NCBI GenBank assembly: GCA_030428825.1
Contig: JAUIEL010000002.1
Location: 1-33,913 of the forward strand
Origin: a bacterium
GTDB taxonomy: Bacteria > Planctomycetota > B15-G4 > JADJEK01
Direction: 5' to 3'
DNA length: 33,913 nucleotides
A model generated the notes under the pieces. It worked only from the letters and a program-made list of their open reading frames with translations. It did not search any database and had not been told where the DNA came from. Shown piece by piece: positions 30,515 through 33,913 of the stretch. The position numbers were made by a program, and so were the translations under genes. Every line of letters starts with the position of its first letter. Position 1 is the first letter of the stretch.

Positions 30515-32389
30515 CTACGGCCGCGACAGCCGCAGGCGGAGCGTGTGCGCGCGCGGATGGTCCGGGTGCTGGCGCTCGAAGACGTCGAGGGCGCGCCGGG
30601 CGTCGGCCTCGAGACCGGCGACGAGCAGCGCGCGGACGAGCTTGGCGTGGAGCTCGGGTTCCCCGCCCGACAGGCGCAGCGCGGTCTCGTAGTGCCGGAC
30701 CGCCGCCGCCGCGTCGCGCCGCGCCGGATCGAGCGCCACGTCCCCGAGCCGCTCGTGGACCGCGGGGAGCGACCCGAAGAGCGCCTTCGCCTGCTCGTAG
30801 TTCCGCTCGGCGATCCCGAGGAGTCGCCGCCGCTCGTCGTCCCCCGCGTCGGGTCCGAGACCGACCGCCTGCCGCAGCGCGCAGTCGCCGAGCGCGAGCT
30901 TCGCCTTGAACGACGTCGGGTCGTGCTCCAGGACGCGCCGGAACGCGCCGCGCGCGGCGATCATGTCCCCGGTCTCGAAGAACCCCTCCCCGATGAGGTA
31001 CGTCGTGTTCGCGAGGAGGAGGTCCCGCAGCGGCGCGTCGTGGCCCGGGATCCTCGCGGTGTCGGTGAGGTGGCGCGCGCCGAGCGCCGTCGACGCCGCG
31101 ATCGCGCCGACCGCGAGTGGCCGGACGAGGCGCCGCGCCCGGACGTCCCGCGCCGCGCCGACCAGGGCCGCGCCGCCGAGGATCGCCAGCGACGGGACGG
31201 CCGGCAGCCGGAAGCGCGATCCCATGAAGAAGAGGAGGAGCACGAGCCCGCTCGCCACGATCGCCGCGACGACGACGAACCGACCGCGCCTCCGCGCGCG
31301 ATAGAGGAGTCCGGACAGCCCGAGCCCGAGGAGCACGCCGAACGGGAGGGGGAGCCACCGGTAGAGCGGCACGTACGGCTCCTCCGCCTCGGCCATCCAC
31401 CCGATGTCGGTCTCGAGGTCGGCGACCGCGAGCCGCGCCTTCCGGCCGATCACCTCCCACGCCTCGCGCGGCCGTTCGCGCCAGAACGCGAGTCCGCGCC
31501 CGAACCAGTGCGCGGAGACCTGGGCGTCGGTGAGCGTGCGTCCCTCCTCCGCCTCGGCGATCCGCTTCGCCGCGTCGCGTTGCGTGGCGAGCGCGCCGAA
31601 CTCGATCCCCGGCCCCATGTTCAACCCGGACGCGTCCTCGTGGTTGCCGAAGTGGAAGTTCACGCCCCCGTTCGCGGAGATCAGGACCGGGTCGTCGGCG
31701 ACGACGAGGTTCCGCGCGAGGACCGCTCCGATCGGCACCGTCGCGGCGAGGGTGTACAGGGCGGCCGCCGCGAGGCGTCGGCGCCCGCCGGCCGCCACGA
31801 CCCAGGCGAACGCGAGCGGCAGGAAGAGGAGGCGGTCCGCGCGCGCGGTGCAGAGGAGTCCGGCCGTGAAGCCGGCGAGGAGGACGCGCCCCGGGCGGTC
31901 GACGCCGCCGATCAGGAGTCGGATCGAGAGGAGCCCCAGCGCGAGGGCGAGCGGCGCGATGAGGAGCTTCGTCTCCCAGAACGGCACGTTCGGGTGGAGC
32001 AGGAAGAGCGCGCCCGCGACGAGTCCGGCCGCGTCGGAGAAGAGCTTGCGGCCGATCGAGACGACGAGCGCCAGCGACGCGATCCCGAGGAGCGACTGGA
32101 GGACGCCGACCACGAGGAAGCGATGGTCCGTCCACCCGAGCGTCTCGAGCAGCGAGTACAGCCCGCGGAGGAGGGTCGGGTAGAGCGGCGGCTGGTAGAA
32201 CGCGGTCTCCGGCGCTCCGTCGCGCGCCCAGGCGTCGTAGAACGCGCAGTCCGCGACCTGCGCCTCGAAGTGCGGCGTCGCGTCGGCGACCTGGCGGAGG
32301 TGCACGACCCGCACGACGGCGGCCGCCAGGAGCAGCAGCACGAGGAGCGTTCGGCGGGTCTTCGAGGGGAGACGCGAGCGTCCGCGCAT
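30515..32389 (-). CDS. GT39/ArnT-PMT-like glycosyltransferase with C-terminal TPR-like repeats
   Basis: N-terminal TM helix, then ...DCAFYDAWARDG...FYQPPLYPTLLRGLY... and about 10 further helices typical of the PMT_2/ArnT family. The C-terminal ~170 aa are helical repeats (GDMIAARGAFRRVLEHDP.., AERNYEQAKALF.., AVRHYETALRL..). Confidence 0.8.
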   Translation of the reverse strand: MRGRSRLPSKTRRTLLVLLLLAAAVVRVVHLRQVADATPHFEAQVADCAFYDAWARDGAPETAFYQPPLYPTLLRGLYSLLETLGWTDHRFLVVGVLQSLLGIASLALVVSIGRKLFSDAAGLVAGALFLLHPNVPFWETKLLIAPLALALGLLSIRLLIGGVDRPGRVLLAGFTAGLLCTARADRLLFLPLAFAWVVAAGGRRRLAAAALYTLAATVPIGAVLARNLVVADDPVLISANGGVNFHFGNHEDASGLNMGPGIEFGALATQRDAAKRIAEAEEGRTLTDAQVSAHWFGRGLAFWRERPREAWEVIGRKARLAVADLETDIGWMAEAEEPYVPLYRWLPLPFGVLLGLGLSGLLYRARRRGRFVVVAAIVASGLVLLLFFMGSRFRLPAVPSLAILGGAALVGAARDVRARRLVRPLAVGAIAASTALGARHLTDTARIPGHDAPLRDLLLANTTYLIGEGFFETGDMIAARGAFRRVLEHDPTSFKAKLALGDCALRQAVGLGPDAGDDERRRLLGIAERNYEQAKALFGSLPAVHERLGDVALDPARRDAAAAVRHYETALRLSGGEPELHAKLVRALLVAGLEADARRALDVFERQHPDHPRAHTLRLRLSRP

Positions 32390-32436
32390 CCGCGGAGTCT
32401 ACTGCGGAACGACGGGGCGCCGCGCTCCGATCCCGC

Positions 32437-33913
32437 TCAGTCGAGTTCGAGCAGCAGCCCGCTCGACGGGAGCGCCGGCGCGAGGTCGAACTCGACGTCG
32501 TCCCCCGCCGCGCCCCCGACGACGCGGATCCGGTAGACGCCGGTCTCGAGCAGAGGCACCTGCTCCAGCGTCCGCGCGTCGCCGTCCGCGCTCACGGTGT
32601 AGTGCGCCGGCGGGACCTCGCTCCCCGACGGCGCGATCACCGCGACCGCGGGCGTGAACGACGCGAGCGGCGTGACCGTCACGTCGAGCCGTCCGCCGGA
32701 GAACCCCGCGACGTCCGCCTCCGCCGCGAGGAGCGACGCGCCGTCGACCTTCGTCTTCTTGGTCGGCTCGACGATCCGGCGCGGGAGCGCCTCGGCCGGG
32801 AGGTCGGCGGTGGTGGTGATCCGCCACGCCCCGGCGGACTTCCCCTTCCCGCTCACCCGGACGGCGTACTCCCCGGCCTTCTTCAGCTTCTTCTTCAGCG
32901 GCTTCTTCCCGCCCTTCCACTGGGCGATCTTCTTGCCGACCTTCCCGTTCTTCACCGAGTGGATCGCGACGACCGGCTTCAGGTTCCCCCCGGTCACCTC
33001 GACGGTCAGGACGAGCTTCGTCGACGGCACGGCGAGGAGGCGTCCCTCGTCCGTCTCCTTCTTCCCGGTGATCGCGCCGGTCAGCGTGTCGCCGGGCGTG
33101 AAGCTCGACGACGGGATCGGCGCGCCGTCGAGGAGGTGGGGCGCGAGGAGGTCGACCTCGCCGACTCCCTGGGGGAGGTTCAGGCCGAGGAGGAGGTCGG
33201 CGTGACCGTCGCCGTCGACGTCGCCGGGGGCGCCGAGCGCCAGCCTCCCTCCGAACGCCTTCTTCGGCGTGTCGCGCAGGTACCCCGCGAGGGGGTGGCC
33301 GCCGGCGCCGGAGAAGACGGTCGCCGCGACGGTCCCGCTCCCGTCGGTCGGGGAGAGGCCGCTCACCGCGAAGTCGTCGTGGCCGTCCGCGTCGACGTCG
33401 CCGAGCCCGCGGACGCTCGACCCGAACTGGCTGCCGCCGGCCGGACCGGGCAGGAATTGCAGGACCGACCCGTCGGCGCCGGAGTACGCGCGCGCGCTCC
33501 CGAGCGCGAAGCCGAGGTTCGAGTCGGTCGGCGCTCCGGCGACGAAGTCGGGCGTCCCGTCGGCGTCGAGGTCCCCCGCGCCGGAGACGGAGTGGCCGAG
33601 CGCGTCGAACGGGTCGTCCCCGTGGAAGGTCGCGAGCTTCGCGCCGGTCGCCCCGGAGAGGACGTGGAACAGGTTCCCCTCGCCCTGCGTGAAGATGAAC
33701 GCGTTCGACGTCCCCGCCAGGACGTCGTCCCGGCCGTCTCCGTCGACGTCGCCCGCTCCGTCGACGGAGACCCCGAGCTGGTCGCCGAGCTCGAGGAACG
33801 ACGGCGCCGCCTCGCCGTACTCGCTCAGGAGGACCGCGCCGTCGAGGCCGGAGAAGACGCGCACCAGCCCGACCGAGGCGGAGAGCCCCTGCGCGGCGTA
33901 CGGCGCGCCGACG
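32437..33913 (-). CDS. FG-GAP/integrin-alpha-like repeat protein with two C-terminal PPC-like beta-sandwich domains, 5'-truncated by the window edge
   Basis: The frame stays open beyond the GTG at 33864 to the window end (..VGAPYAAQGLSASVGLVRVFSG..). Repeated units: GDVDGDGRDDVLAG, GDLDADGTPDFVAGAP, GDVDADGHDDFAVSG, GDVDGDGHADLLLG. The C-terminus has AGEYAVRVSGKG and TGVYRIRVVGG blocks. Confidence 0.8.
   Translation of the reverse strand, partial: VGAPYAAQGLSASVGLVRVFSGLDGAVLLSEYGEAAPSFLELGDQLGVSVDGAGDVDGDGRDDVLAGTSNAFIFTQGEGNLFHVLSGATGAKLATFHGDDPFDALGHSVSGAGDLDADGTPDFVAGAPTDSNLGFALGSARAYSGADGSVLQFLPGPAGGSQFGSSVRGLGDVDADGHDDFAVSGLSPTDGSGTVAATVFSGAGGHPLAGYLRDTPKKAFGGRLALGAPGDVDGDGHADLLLGLNLPQGVGEVDLLAPHLLDGAPIPSSSFTPGDTLTGAITGKKETDEGRLLAVPSTKLVLTVEVTGGNLKPVVAIHSVKNGKVGKKIAQWKGGKKPLKKKLKKAGEYAVRVSGKGKSAGAWRITTTADLPAEALPRRIVEPTKKTKVDGASLLAAEADVAGFSGGRLDVTVTPLASFTPAVAVIAPSGSEVPPAHYTVSADGDARTLEQVPLLETGVYRIRVVGGAAGDDVEFDLAPALPSSGLLLELD

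Noticed and set aside
32654-33205. A 183-aa + strand ORF with Phe-rich segments (FFSFFFSGFFPPF).
   Set aside because: It is the antisense of the Lys-rich (AAG) segment of the FG-GAP protein. It has no start context or domain, and it is fully embedded in a well-supported gene on the opposite strand.
1-33913. Prophage, genomic island or mobile element boundaries.
   Set aside because: - I found no integrase, transposase, recombinase, tRNA target or flanking long direct or inverted repeats.
- By eye there is no compositional break; GC and codon bias look uniform.
- The window looks like ordinary chromosomal backbone with accessory-type envelope and regulatory genes.

Overview
This is a 33.9-kb, very GC-rich bacterial chromosomal segment. 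By eye it is well above 70 % G+C, and codon position 3 is almost saturated with G/C in every frame I accept. The six-frame track is therefore full of long spurious Arg/Pro/Gly-rich ORFs. I kept only frames with recognisable protein families, plausible start and Shine-Dalgarno context, and normal amino-acid composition.

I call about 30 protein-coding genes, two of them truncated by the window edges. I found no rRNA, tRNA, CRISPR array, integrase or transposase.

Content from left to right:
- an M1-type zinc peptidase
- two tandem TRL-like lipoproteins, tightly coupled to an O-antigen-ligase-like/TPR membrane protein
- a PadR / ABC ATPase / FtsX permease operon with a clear promoter-operator palindrome
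- a secreted alpha/beta hydrolase
- two secreted paralogues that share an unnamed C-terminal domain
- a RecQ-family helicase fused to a ComF/phosphoribosyltransferase-like domain
- a DUF427 protein
- a repeat-rich PHP-type metallohydrolase
- a winged-helix regulator plus membrane protein, divergent from a translationally welded DUF1538-DUF1538-PII-CBS operon followed by MscS
- an aminotransferase coupled to an ankyrin-repeat protein
- a BlaI/BlaR1-like module followed by a frameshifted class-C-type serine hydrolase
- a DUF4332 protein, an MFS transporter, a GT39/TPR glycosyltransferase and an FG-GAP repeat protein

Lipobox lipoproteins and the envelope glycan enzymes suggest a diderm, high-GC lineage, but I cannot name the taxon from sequence alone.

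The best candidates for under-described biology are the DUF1538x2 + P-II-like + CBS putative gated transporter operon, the RecQ-PRTase fusion with its motif-laden 376-bp leader, and the BlaI/BlaR1-like sensor that lacks a penicillin-binding sensor domain. All family assignments come from motif recognition by eye. No database search was run.
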